DNA of 64,000 bases from an uncultured Gammaproteobacteria bacterium. Its GTDB lineage: Bacteria > Patescibacteriota > Patescibacteriia > UBA1558 > 2-01-FULL-52-15. The translations under genes and the position numbers were made by a program. The stretch spans positions 43,750 to 107,749 of the forward strand of contig CAZIOU010000002.1 of assembly GCA_964540995.1 (NCBI GenBank). The letters are read 5' to 3'. How positions within the stretch are numbered: the first letter of the stretch is position 1; every line of letters starts with the position of its first letter. Below the pieces are notes generated by a model that was not told where the DNA came from, made no database searches, and was given only the letters and a program-made list of their open reading frames with translations. This document shows positions 22,301 to 30,138 of the stretch, one piece after another.

Positions 22301-22427
22301 TGGTACCAGAATCAAGAGGCGGTTCAAGCCCGACAGGTTGAGCTACAGCAATTACACTTGAATACAATAATCCCACAACTATCAAGATAGTAGCGGCAAA
22401 TATTCTAATATGAGTTAATTTCTTCAC
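13341..22427 (-). CDS. Giant (3028 aa) secreted Cys-rich surface protein with carbohydrate-binding-like and PKD-like modules
   Basis: Signal peptide; repeated C-x6-C units (CPAEADGC, CTAQEVGC, CPATEVGC, CRQEAVGC); CBM-like starts NLVANSDF and NFLSNPTF; VDWGDG near the C-terminus. Confidence 0.85.
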   Translation of the reverse strand: MKKLTHIRIFAATILIVVGLLYSSVIAVAQPVGLEPPLDSGTNLSGALGTIGAVAPGGIPVQDRQATIWQKITKQIDKVNQAIGYNILTSTLQVTLNRIALDTAKYIAEGNVGGTPFIRTKSFEGVWTDARDTAYGEFIGRLSDGYFEGLGLDLCEPSADVQARISLGIINDITPPSVKPRCEIRQVQKNWEQFGQTLNSGRWLTASLSDLSPDDKVNFFAEYLDPKNNDIGAFLKLNDLARQQAADKQELAKLNEATCRGYIDAKRPLSNDISHTCEQILNLHENAINDYIAEASLLKSENVFKQSAVLFTKTLTSRLMKRFISGSWSLADLNSNSGSTNLRDSLIAKLRSRVDLRRLGSASELLADLNTVDVQAIDNFDYVSEMGACPADTRIASQLNCTTDTGLVTAINNRETVREALDRGHLHANWPLVSYLNSSINGGKKCYQNSYCYSNISKMRSYRILPLGWEIAAALSPVGRPVTLGQVINCFENNGNCDLDAAANIYYHLIDPDWVLAAPLTQCKALVSGPSLEDVNSNQRQQVCVDRPSCLSEDDKGNCQSGYGYCTKERNVWRFAGTQCQEQYASCQVLVRRDNGAKYSYLTNTLATCDASQAGCTWYSKSQTNFGTATDPNYDWNPADRIYFNNNAASCPAEADGCQEYINPTSATANLVANSDFADYQANPSTDYSNPDWINDDKADTFVGWTGNGLQTFTSNEAAQFGPVGIRISGDGSLSTSALSGQVAGKAMTLSWFAKATTACQTQATISSATAPGSTVDVSYTDSWQRYQLTYTFGVDVPDTQVLAVLQSKVSCGSLFIDGVKVEFGTRATAYTTYGQSGTVYLSGQRSQCTAQEVGCSLYSPTNGDAVIPGVISQNDYCPTECVGYQTYAQLPTNFELAEGASATAKQINFIAKTAKACPATEVGCSEFTNLDEVAAGGEGKKYFSFLRQCVKADQGVTYYTLEGSDTSGFQVKTWQILPSNLATDQGPCTTIANGGSTCTDTAASQASCTAADMATNPNCREFFDTAGQSYFRLQDKVIFASNDCHPYRRSDGNQTYNGLASESRSCSASNVRCTEFRGNQSSNVRTIINDTFEGRATYAPWAGQGSGKIALSSEAASSGGHSLAVTAPGVVVYPLSNQLVAGREYYLSFWLKTSQNGAELRAYLGDTNGTQTKCGQGPCQFAVTTVATAGDWQLYKVGPLLIDQVVNPEAANLTLVPSASGTFIDNIILRESVSNLFLVRDSWKTPASCDLPFAGANLGCQLYKGTDNKNYALRSFSQICRQEAVGCQAVINTQNSNYPYEQVFNAGDKSQVTVPADSLEYVVVDSKKFCEPKYQGCQALGKPNINRNLPEQDPRYVRSYQTVFKINDPDQYSDQLCKNEGLYCQEYTGSDGVSHYYSDPGNRTCTYKDGVSINGVIQTGWFQTDSLEAGKSPVGCYSDNVTPLDDYKIYTAAENQFNNSAGLCPGSQNQCSEFIDTQATNGDNFLSNPTFNDPTGPKAKWGVWQSSGNALPLDQTFVANPQTASATLLSQPHGLALIFQRFFNTTKDVLGAKPINNADVYTISADVTVKNLNVGTQGKASAQVVMRCLWDSPYDKDYCATVVESGNSQYGTIVDYANTCITDSDCPGKEICYKKADGYCESATDMTQTPCSSNTQCASGYTCNLAIGYDTTDSRGNRRDHLTEFYAGADIQDKSTVQTLTATADLGSASQGDELVMCEPTFRLSLDCPSGGDCDNNSTPNEVQFSNLSLRKAQSYFYLNNKSIDDSSCNGQVSKNEGCILFSDPNDPVKQYNSFLTYFYSERANGKGVSPVVCDPSSADPILRACTNDANRIIKVSRDRQCAEWLTCKTSSQIFDTQTNSQRQICTEVALCDQYSSNNGSLNCAHWLPESTSKVDYSAYTTRDVRYDALDYSGYSLFNRYPVDHLRLVDVSINAAKNGPDAANPDFRLVRAENCTTAECNQLATNYGQLKCGTLDGKGQSTGAIFGVSGSPLCVNGIDGSRFDLTSPFVIKPTTRGFAETEAPFPQSVVSSNTGQQRRVKFGFQQANICDSAVASCEVGYYKLQYGSGGATRFYSLNASLGSGEISSCICQGGNLDGRSCTVIESNSDTKSSISDQCPGGNPTYLSRSDIFLNWGGYCLEPDLSSSINGSSSEYACLSWLPVDNAIGGIDYFNQNRDAGYNFKAPVYYCTEMQLVEDRYHWRTAPMKLKDVGDYYSKMNRDGSLSSSNATNGGMGGEWTHEEHIILPWKDNTGDAHDVYPIAAYRDPVTNKITSNCIDNPTILGWVRDDNVWIGYSEHCLGRYNGSTDYLSCTNSNSTCDGSRGDFIQAESWPRSLCTYLTAAVNERGDNAAKTNSFWANYRPDGKPFVVSLKTAGQGYTLDRDDTPFGAAVPGSGFVPQQFGALSVQDRGVVPRAGSPYACANDEADCRLLSDSKSDLYIKGWTHPSFGDSPSASIETKEWYVTGVNRLKQIYQKLFGIYRFEAGESCAYPVCSGGPFGGNRCGATGSINGECTLRYDRNNPTDQSKSNVCQTISNTCINSAWGTATSCSSCPAGWQVDLTTGGCYQLISPSEISCAVCTTGQGQCAKRCTSSDQALCISDSDCPANATCGQTSCERPQVDARSQCQVRESLTCNMQAQRCCSSRDASKCTVISCTHSFDDCDALAEAYDSKTFCAPAQGQYCVGVDFSDTSTTGVNQLTRVQSCATAITNNLGQRLNAGNEICQAPDAICKYANQVEVSINGGNDKRPYCTPIRDSYQPLCNPDTDPTCIAGSTQAIDEKALPLDASMSQSFAVRNANGTTIPQSQKDQIAAASRSSRYAQADFGPIIAQPVCSASSITCDLGPTSNFLVNDKSSGPIIENQSPTMLATVSFYASAYKDRMPLRSIEVDWGDGSRQANVGYYKNNWSVCDPTQIIRPNVSNPAFQTTMDFAGTSQGCDPTIRSYFHVYQYNVAFDGASSGISGCPAGYACYRPRARVQDNWGWCSNTAWGPVGQGCTGPAGNQAGYIFYGSSNDSMIQIKKPQS

Positions 22428-23197
22428 AGCAATGATTTGATTAAATCTTTCAGATCATCCGGCGACATGCGGTCAACTTCAGTCTGAGATACACCAGAAT
22501 CAACTAAAAATTTACGAATGTCTTTCTCATCCAGTGAATTAACATCGATCGGATCTTGTTGATCGTAGCTGACAATTGCGTCCATATAAGCAAATAGCTG
22601 TCGGTCATCAAGTGTCGCTAGCGTTTCAGCATCCATACCGCTATCTAGCAAAATCTGACGGAACTGTTTCAGCGTCGCTTCTTTCAAACTCACGTTCGTG
22701 GGTGAGAATTGGGGCAATAGATCGGATATTTTGACGTCCGGATTGATGAAGCGCACTCCGGTACAGGCACCTTTCTTCTGATCGCAGTTCGGATCGCTCC
22801 CCCGCTTCACTTCAGTACCGTCATCGACACCATCACTATCGGTATCTTTCAAATAAGGACTCGTACCATAGACATAAATCTCATCATAATCAGTCAAACC
22901 ATCGGCGTCCGTATCCTTCTTCTTCAGATCAGCAGCCACTTTGGTCGTATCTGTTGTTGAAGTAGCTGGTTTCAGAACATCAGCCACAGAAACATTGAAG
23001 GGGTGGGTGATACGATACTGTAATAACCAACCAGAAAGTCCCAAGATAACCACTCCACATAAGGCCAAAGCGCCAATAACAATTTTGGTCGCCTTATCAA
23101 GAGGCGCCCTACCGGCAATCTGAATTGTTTCTGGCTGTTCCAACACTTCAGTATCCTCTACTACTTCTGCCTGAAGATTAGAACGTTTAGTTGCCAT
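22424..23197 (-). CDS. Membrane-anchored protein with bacterial thrombospondin type 3-like Ca-binding repeats
   Basis: TM helix, then DTDADGLTDYDE...GTSP...DTDSDGVDDGTE...GSDP. Confidence 0.85.
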   Translation of the reverse strand: MATKRSNLQAEVVEDTEVLEQPETIQIAGRAPLDKATKIVIGALALCGVVILGLSGWLLQYRITHPFNVSVADVLKPATSTTDTTKVAADLKKKDTDADGLTDYDEIYVYGTSPYLKDTDSDGVDDGTEVKRGSDPNCDQKKGACTGVRFINPDVKISDLLPQFSPTNVSLKEATLKQFRQILLDSGMDAETLATLDDRQLFAYMDAIVSYDQQDPIDVNSLDEKDIRKFLVDSGVSQTEVDRMSPDDLKDLIKSLL

Positions 23198-23303
23198 GGG
23201 GACAACGAGAAAAGTGAATAAAAATTTTCTATATTATAGCATAAAGGCGCCGGAGGCGCCAAGTTTCAAATTCCAAATTTCCAGTTTCCAATTTGAATCT
23301 AAT

Positions 23304-24134
23304 TTAGTGCTTCAATTTCAGTGTTAAGGTCACCCATTCTTCCTTAGAAAGATCTTCCGCACGAACATTTACATTGACACCAGTAGCGGATAGCAATTTT
23401 TCTGCTTCAGTTTTAGTAATTTGCAATCCAGAGGCTAGATTATTGACCAATTTCTTACGTTTGGAGCTAAAACCAATACGAATCAACTGCCAGACCTCTT
23501 TCTCTGATGCGTCATAATCCCAACTATGAACATTATTAAGTCGCAAAATAGCTGAATCGACAGCTGGGACAGGCCAGAAAGATTTGGCCGGAACCTTCTC
23601 GATAATTTCTGGCTGTGAATAGAACTGCGCCGCCAAGGATTGCTTACTCATATCACCAGCCACAGCACAATATTTCTTGGCAACTTCTAGTTGAACCAAC
23701 AAGACTATTGACTGCGGTACTATTTCCCAAGTCAGTAACTGCTCGACTATCTTGCCAGTGATGTAATAAGGGATATTGGCCACTACTGAGTAACGTGAAC
23801 CTAATTCTTCGCTGATGTCGGAGAACTTTACTTTGGTAATGTCGTTGAGTAGCAAGTGAATATTGAGGTGCTGCTTCGGTAACTGCTTCAAGAAGGGTTC
23901 CAATCTACGATCAGACTCTACCGTAATCACTTTGGCTGCCTGTCCCGCCAATGCTTTGGTTAACGTACCCAAACCAGTACCTATCTCCAGTACCGTTTCG
24001 CTCGCCGTGACGCTTGCGGCCGCGACTATAGCATCAAGAACAGTTTCGGATATAAGAAAATTCTGACCCCGATCAGTGTCCGGTCGGAGTCGATATTTCT
24101 TGGCTAAATATTTTGTTTCTTCTAGTAAACTCAT
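23304..24134 (-). CDS. rsmA: 16S rRNA m6,2A dimethyltransferase KsgA/RsmA
   Basis: GQNFL, VLEIGTGLG, VANIPYYIT, FWPVPAVDS. Confidence 0.96.
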   Translation of the reverse strand: MSLLEETKYLAKKYRLRPDTDRGQNFLISETVLDAIVAAASVTASETVLEIGTGLGTLTKALAGQAAKVITVESDRRLEPFLKQLPKQHLNIHLLLNDITKVKFSDISEELGSRYSVVANIPYYITGKIVEQLLTWEIVPQSIVLLVQLEVAKKYCAVAGDMSKQSLAAQFYSQPEIIEKVPAKSFWPVPAVDSAILRLNNVHSWDYDASEKEVWQLIRIGFSSKRKKLVNNLASGLQITKTEAEKLLSATGVNVNVRAEDLSKEEWVTLTLKLKH

Positions 24135-25300
24135 AGCATCATATACAGCAGCGACGTAACAGCGGCCGCTACGAAAGCCCAATTAAATCCTTGGTGTAAA
24201 TCCGGTACCAGCGAGAAGACTCCCAACAGTATCACGATCATAGCTAATTTGCCAACTACCAGTGATAACTCGAATTCTACCACTGTTTTCATCACGTTTC
24301 GACGCTTGGCGCTAGCATAGGATGAGGAGGTGAGTGCCACTGAAATAATATTTTTCAGTAACCAGGAGAGCGATCCAGCAGTGAAGACGCCACCAACAGT
24401 AGAGATGACCGTACGTAGGATCCAGGTCATCGAATAGAGCAGGCTACCCAAACGTAATATCGGTCGATGGTCACGATGCTTATCGGCAAATTTACCGGCA
24501 ATCAATGTCACGACTGTTGAGACCAGTACCATCAAGCCGATGACTAAGCCAATCTGAAAATCATCTTTGACCACAGTAGCGATAAAGATCGGCCAGACCA
24601 CCATGACGACATATTCTTCGGCATAGCCTAAGTAAGCAACTTTGAAACGCCACAGATTGGTAGAAAATAATTCGACATAGGTCCGCCAATAAGGAAATGA
24701 AAAGGGCACAAACTGTTCATCAGTACTCATCAAAGGCAAATTGGACAACAGGAAGATCAAAGCCACAATGATGAAGAGCCAACCATAGCCTCCGATAGAG
24801 ATCAGGTAGCCAGCTAAGATCGGTCCCAAGATAAATACCAGCGATGTAGCCACCGTCAGACTACTCACTTCTCTCGCTCGTTCTATAGAAGAAGCGTGCT
24901 GTGCGAAATCAGCATGAAAGGCCGGCCAGTAGAACATCTTCTGCAAAGCATAGAGTGCAGCCGCTAGATAAAATAGCTGATGGTTGTACTGGATGGCAAA
25001 TAAACAAACATACAGCAACGAGATAAATATGGTACTCAACTCAATACTTCGCTCGGTACCGAAGCGTCCAGCGAACTTAGCGCCCAAGGGAATAAGCAAG
25101 AAATACATACCGTACACTGCTAAGAAAAAGAGCATAATCTCAGGCAAACTATACCCAATCGAGTAAAGATAGATCGGTTCAAACATCTGCACCATCGCCA
25201 AACCAAAATTCATCAGAATCGTCGATGAATACAGCTCCTTCACTTCAGGGCTTAATTGGTGTGGCACGAACGTACCCAGATAACGAATTCGACGATGCAT
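24131..25300 (-). CDS. MFS transporter
   Basis: About 12 TM helices, GAKFAGRFG and GKFADK loop motifs. Confidence 0.85.
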   Translation of the reverse strand: MHRRIRYLGTFVPHQLSPEVKELYSSTILMNFGLAMVQMFEPIYLYSIGYSLPEIMLFFLAVYGMYFLLIPLGAKFAGRFGTERSIELSTIFISLLYVCLFAIQYNHQLFYLAAALYALQKMFYWPAFHADFAQHASSIERAREVSSLTVATSLVFILGPILAGYLISIGGYGWLFIIVALIFLLSNLPLMSTDEQFVPFSFPYWRTYVELFSTNLWRFKVAYLGYAEEYVVMVVWPIFIATVVKDDFQIGLVIGLMVLVSTVVTLIAGKFADKHRDHRPILRLGSLLYSMTWILRTVISTVGGVFTAGSLSWLLKNIISVALTSSSYASAKRRNVMKTVVEFELSLVVGKLAMIVILLGVFSLVPDLHQGFNWAFVAAAVTSLLYMML

Positions 25301-25301
25301 A

Positions 25302-25913
25302 TTAATTAACGACGATAGGACCCTGCCTAAGGACCTTCAATGAGTTAGCGGTCAACTTGATAATAGTACTTGGGAATACTTCCGGCAAAACACCATAATC
25401 TAGTACCAAATCCGGCTGCGCTGTGCGACCTCGCATCTGAGCTAAGAAATGTTTGATATCATAGACAGCTGGTTGGCCCGAAACATTAGCCGAGGTAACA
25501 ATCAGTGCTCTCCCACTCAAACGACTAAGTGCCTGCGCAATAGGATGTGATGATACACGCAAGGCTAGCGTGCGACTCTTGAACTGTGTATGTTGTAACT
25601 TACTATGCTTCAATGGCAGTACCATTGTCAGTGGACCAGGCCAATGTTCTTTAGCCAATCGCTGCGCTCTGGCCGGAAACGTAACCAAAGATCGTGCTAC
25701 ATGTTCGTCTGGCACGATCACCGGTAAAATCTTGTCTTTGGGCCGCCCCTTAATCTCCAAAACTTTCTGATACGCCAAAGGAGAAAAAAAATCTCCTCCG
25801 AGAGCATAGGCAGTCTCGGTAGGATAGACAATCGTTCCTCCTCGATTGATAATTTCCAAGGCTTGATGAAGAACTTTGTTTTTATTTTGTGCCGTCAGCT
25901 TAATGACACGCAT
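25302..25913 (-). CDS. tsaC: L-threonylcarbamoyladenylate synthase (TsaC/YrdC)
   Basis: YPTETAYALG, IKGRP, WPGPLT, TSANVSG. Confidence 0.95.
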   Translation of the reverse strand: MRVIKLTAQNKNKVLHQALEIINRGGTIVYPTETAYALGGDFFSPLAYQKVLEIKGRPKDKILPVIVPDEHVARSLVTFPARAQRLAKEHWPGPLTMVLPLKHSKLQHTQFKSRTLALRVSSHPIAQALSRLSGRALIVTSANVSGQPAVYDIKHFLAQMRGRTAQPDLVLDYGVLPEVFPSTIIKLTANSLKVLRQGPIVVN

Positions 25914-26015
25914 GTCATTATTATAACACAATATAAAACCACCGATCACGCGCCTTATTATATACAAAACACCGGAAAACATTATTGTACCTCCGGTGTT
26001 TATGGGTACTGTAAT

Positions 26016-26297
26016 TTATAGAGCAAAAATCTTGGAGTCTTCGATAGCAATACCTTTAGCCTGCAATTCGCGTACCAGATTATGAACTGCTCTGTCGGTA
26101 CCCAGATAGTCCAATAATCCATGTTTAACTTTAGACATATCGTCGTTTAAAGATTGCAACTGTTCCTCAACCCCTTGAAAGCGTTTATTAACACGAGACT
26201 CAAAGCCATCGATACGATCGTTAATCGTAGCGCTGAACCGGGTCAGGGCGCTATCTAAAATAGTAGTTAGATCCTTTTTTGTGACGTATTCAGACAT
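26016..26297 (-). CDS. Small coiled-coil hypothetical protein
   Basis: 93 aa, VTKKDL start, heptad pattern. Confidence 0.65.
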   Translation of the reverse strand: MSEYVTKKDLTTILDSALTRFSATINDRIDGFESRVNKRFQGVEEQLQSLNDDMSKVKHGLLDYLGTDRAVHNLVRELQAKGIAIEDSKIFAL

Positions 26298-26455
26298 AGA
26301 GATATTATAAATAATTATATCCCTGTTTAGACGATACTAGCATAATATAAATTTATAGTGAAGATGAGCCGTCGGTTTCCACTCGTCACACGAGACGGGC
26401 GGTTTACATGACAACCTCATAATATCTTATGTTTTTTAGATTATTTAGAGATTCA

Positions 26456-26484
26456 TTGACAATATTCACATGTACATCTAATAT
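26456..26484 (+). promoter_or_regulatory. Sigma70-type promoter of orphan gene 26532
   Basis: TTGACA-17 nt-TAATAT; SD GAGGAGG at 26521. Confidence 0.75.
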
Positions 26485-26531
26485 TGGCAGGCTTTTGTTC
26501 TTGAAAAACCTACTACTTACGAGGAGGTAAT

Positions 26532-27122
26532 GTGCCCCGATCTCACCCGCTTTTTGGTCGCAGAGATTTCACGGCCCGTGTCGACGCGAATCCCGTGATC
26601 TTCAAAGTTCGACGCCCAAGAACCCTTTCTCGATCAAAGAAAGCTAAAGGGAAAAAGACTCAGAAACTGCTAAGAATCCCGACAAGGTTCTGCTGTGATT
26701 CGGTCTCCGCTGTCATGCAGGCTCTTGATCTATTGGGGTTCCAGAATAATTGGATCACCCTGACTCAAGCAGGAGGTCGGCTGGTCTTGGCCTATCAGGG
26801 CTGGCTACCGTGGTTACCACCTAAGGCTCCGCTCCTCCTACCCTTCAAGGCGAGCGACCCTGAACCCGAAAAGAGGTTAGCCGAATTACTTGAACGTCTC
26901 TTCAAGCCCTTTGAGCTTCAAGGCTCAATGCGCTACCGCTCTCGTTATGAAGTGACAAGGGATATGGAGACTGCTGACCGGGATATGGATATTAGCCTCC
27001 TGGTTATTCTCAATGCGGCTCTATTCTGTGCTCCGGATATGCTTGAAGCGCTCACAAAGACTCTGACTGAGCTCGATAATATACCCATGCATGTTCAAGC
27101 CTCTGCCTTCGAGCCCGGATAA
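26532..27122 (+). CDS. Orphan hypothetical protein
   Basis: Own promoter, strong SD, GTG start, terminator at 27151-27186. Confidence 0.65.
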   Translation: MPRSHPLFGRRDFTARVDANPVIFKVRRPRTLSRSKKAKGKKTQKLLRIPTRFCCDSVSAVMQALDLLGFQNNWITLTQAGGRLVLAYQGWLPWLPPKAPLLLPFKASDPEPEKRLAELLERLFKPFELQGSMRYRSRYEVTRDMETADRDMDISLLVILNAALFCAPDMLEALTKTLTELDNIPMHVQASAFEPG

Positions 27123-27150
27123 TTGACCATCGCTTCTTTTCCGGCACTAT

Positions 27151-27186
27151 ATAAGCCCCTAACAAACATTTTGTTAGGGGCTTATT
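27151..27186. terminator. Bidirectional intrinsic terminator
   Basis: ATAAGCCCCTAACAAA-CAT-TTTGTTAGGGGCTTAT. Confidence 0.85.
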
Positions 27187-27231
27187 ATTTTGTAAACCTA
27201 GTAGTCGCACATTATAATGCGCGACTACTTC

Positions 27232-30138
27232 TTAGACGACAATATTTACGATCTTACCTGAAACGTAGATAAATTTCTTCGGCTGGTTGCCAACTAGGTG
27301 TTTCTGTACCACAGGTAGCGACAGAACGATTGGTTTCAGATCAGCTTCCGTAATATCAGACGCTACTTCCACCTGCCCGCGCACCTTACCGTTAATCTGA
27401 ACTGGTAACGCTATTTTGTCCGCACGCAAAAGTGCTGGATCATATGTCGGCCAGCTCTGAAGATGAATAGAGTCTTGGTGGCCCAACTTCTCTCGCCATA
27501 GCTCCTCCGTCATATGTGGCGCCAATGGTGCTAACAAGAGCAGAAATGTTTCCAATACAGAACGCTCGACAATTTTCTGCTCCGTAACAGCATTAAATAA
27601 AATCATCAATCCGCTAACAATAGTATTGTAAGAACGACGAGCGATATCATCATCCACTTTTTTAATCGTTTGATGGAGTAGGTTATGAATACTTGATTGC
27701 TTGCTATCAGAAATTGCTGCTGATTGATAATAGTCCCAGATACGTTTCAAGAAGCGATACACTCCCTGCACACTACCATCATTCCAGATCTTAGTACCAT
27801 CATATTCTCCCATGAACATTTCATACAAACGCAAAGTGTCAGCACCATATTTCTCCACGATAGCATCAGGATTGATGACGTTACCTCTGGATTTGGACAT
27901 CTTCTGACTATCAGGGCCCAGGATCATGCCATGAGAAATACGTCGAGCGTAGGGCTCGGCAGTAGGGACTAACCCCTGATCGAAGAGGAACTTGTGCCAG
28001 AAACGTGAGTAAAGAAGATGCAATGTCGTGTGCTCCATTCCTCCATTATAGAGATCTACCGGTAACCAATAATCCAGTTTTTTCTTGTCAGCTAACACTT
28101 GATCATTCAATGGGTCAGTGAAGCGCAAGAAATACCACGACGAACCAGCCCAATTGGGCATAGTATCGGTCTCACGCTTAGCAGCGGCACCACATTTGGG
28201 ACATTTCACATTTACCCAATCTGTAATAGCTGCCAAAGGTGACTCGCCGGTATCAGTAGGCTCATAGTGCTCTATGTCCGGTAATTCCAATGGCAGATCT
28301 TTGTCATCTAGTGGCACATAGCCGCAGTGCTCACAGATAATGACCGGTATCGGCTCACCCCAATAATGTTGGCGTGAAAAAATCCAATCACGCAACTTGT
28401 AATGCGTAGTTATCTTGCCTTGTTTCTTGGCTACCAGTGCATCAGCGATGGCTTGCCAGGCCTTGGTATCAGGCAAACCATCAAATTCATGTGAACTCAT
28501 CATCACTCCTTCTCCGGTATAGGCTGTTCCGCCGCTGATATACTGCTGCCAGATGAACAGTCCATCAACGATGTTCAATTTCTTGGGCACTTCATCGGCT
28601 GTCACCCACAGCGGGCTGTGTTTGGCTGTCTCCTCATCGGTTAACTCACGACGTTGATCGTTAACCAAGTCAAAAACCACAACACTTATATCGGCATAAC
28701 GGTTTTCATCTTTATGACCAGCATAATACTCTGACTGAATCATCAAAGGTAACTGCTGAACAAAGGCAATATTCTCATAACCAGTTTCTTCCAGTACCTC
28801 TCGCTTGGCTGCTTCGATCAGATCTTCTCCGGGATCAACACCTCCAATGACGAAAGAGTATAACTGCGGCCGCTGGGGCGTCAGGTTCACTTTCCAATCT
28901 AATAACATTATCTTCTGATCGCTCGGACGACGCAGAATTATATGAACATTATGGCGACGAACCGATTTCTTACCTGGAATCGGCCGGCTTACAGGTTCCT
29001 CGAAATGTGGCGCAATCACTTGTTTAATCGGCAATTCATATTTGTGGGCAAACTCCCAATCTCGCTCATCATGCGCTGGTACCGCCATGATAGCGCCAGT
29101 GCCATAACTCATCATGACATAATCCGCCACGAAAATAGGTAACTCTTCTTGGGTAAAAGGGTGAAGCGCTTTGATGCCTTTCAATTCCACACCGGTTTTC
29201 TCTTTCTTCTCCTGGCGCTCTCGATCGGTTAATTTTTTGCTCGCTGTCACATAGGCTTCCACCTCAGAGTAATTCTTCACTTTCAACTGGTAACTTTCAA
29301 TTAACGGGTGCTCCGGTGCAATGACGAGAAATGTAGCGCCGAAAATAGTGTCGGGACGAGTGGTGAAGACACGAAGAGTGGTACTTGGTACTGGCGACTG
29401 GGTACTCGGATCCCCGATAGCGGATCCTGCGATCTTAAACTCAATCTCCACTCCCTTACTCCGCCCAATCCAATCAATCTGCTGCTTCTTGATGTGGGGT
29501 AGGAAATTGACCGTTTCTAGATCATCGACCAGACGATCAGCGTACTTAGTAATTTTCAAAATCCATTGGTTAATATCACGTAATTCCACTTCAGTACCGC
29601 AGCGTTCACATTTACCATCGACAACTTCTTCGAACGCCAAGCCAATCTTATCTTTGGGACACCAATTAATCTTGGTTAATTTCTTTTCTGCTAGACCAGC
29701 CTTATAGAGTTGTAAGAATATCCACTGTGTCCATTTATAATATTTCGGGTCAGTTGTATTAACTTCTCGACTCCAGTCAAAAGAGATGCCAAGCGATTTG
29801 ATCTGGCGTTTGAAATTGGCAATATTTTTCTCTACTGCTTGTCGAGGATGTATCTTATTTTTGATAGCATAATTCTCCGCCGGCAAACCAAAAGCATCCC
29901 ATCCCATCGGATACAGCACGTTATTACCCTTCATGCGCAGGTAACGCGCTAAGACATCTTGAGCGGTATAGGACAGACAGTGACCGACATGCAGACCATC
30001 ACCAGAAGGATAAGGAAACTCCACTAAAATATACTGCTTGGGCTTAGCAGAAAAATCTTCAGCTCGATACAAATGCTGCTGATCCCAGTACTGTTGCCAC
30101 TTGGGCTCAAATTCTGATGGTTGGTACTCATTAGTCAT
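27232..30138 (-). CDS. leuS: Leucine--tRNA ligase with inserted Nudix hydrolase domain
   Basis: FPYPSGDGLHVGH, GWDAFGLPAEN, FTTRPDT, GTGAIMAVPAHDERD, KMSKS; Nudix box GGVDPGEDLIEAAKREVLEETG. Confidence 0.97.
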   Translation of the reverse strand: MTNEYQPSEFEPKWQQYWDQQHLYRAEDFSAKPKQYILVEFPYPSGDGLHVGHCLSYTAQDVLARYLRMKGNNVLYPMGWDAFGLPAENYAIKNKIHPRQAVEKNIANFKRQIKSLGISFDWSREVNTTDPKYYKWTQWIFLQLYKAGLAEKKLTKINWCPKDKIGLAFEEVVDGKCERCGTEVELRDINQWILKITKYADRLVDDLETVNFLPHIKKQQIDWIGRSKGVEIEFKIAGSAIGDPSTQSPVPSTTLRVFTTRPDTIFGATFLVIAPEHPLIESYQLKVKNYSEVEAYVTASKKLTDRERQEKKEKTGVELKGIKALHPFTQEELPIFVADYVMMSYGTGAIMAVPAHDERDWEFAHKYELPIKQVIAPHFEEPVSRPIPGKKSVRRHNVHIILRRPSDQKIMLLDWKVNLTPQRPQLYSFVIGGVDPGEDLIEAAKREVLEETGYENIAFVQQLPLMIQSEYYAGHKDENRYADISVVVFDLVNDQRRELTDEETAKHSPLWVTADEVPKKLNIVDGLFIWQQYISGGTAYTGEGVMMSSHEFDGLPDTKAWQAIADALVAKKQGKITTHYKLRDWIFSRQHYWGEPIPVIICEHCGYVPLDDKDLPLELPDIEHYEPTDTGESPLAAITDWVNVKCPKCGAAAKRETDTMPNWAGSSWYFLRFTDPLNDQVLADKKKLDYWLPVDLYNGGMEHTTLHLLYSRFWHKFLFDQGLVPTAEPYARRISHGMILGPDSQKMSKSRGNVINPDAIVEKYGADTLRLYEMFMGEYDGTKIWNDGSVQGVYRFLKRIWDYYQSAAISDSKQSSIHNLLHQTIKKVDDDIARRSYNTIVSGLMILFNAVTEQKIVERSVLETFLLLLAPLAPHMTEELWREKLGHQDSIHLQSWPTYDPALLRADKIALPVQINGKVRGQVEVASDITEADLKPIVLSLPVVQKHLVGNQPKKFIYVSGKIVNIVV

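Noticed and set aside
28530-29010. Intein or intron in leuS
   Set aside because: Insert is in frame, has no Cys/Ser start or His-Asn end and carries a Nudix box
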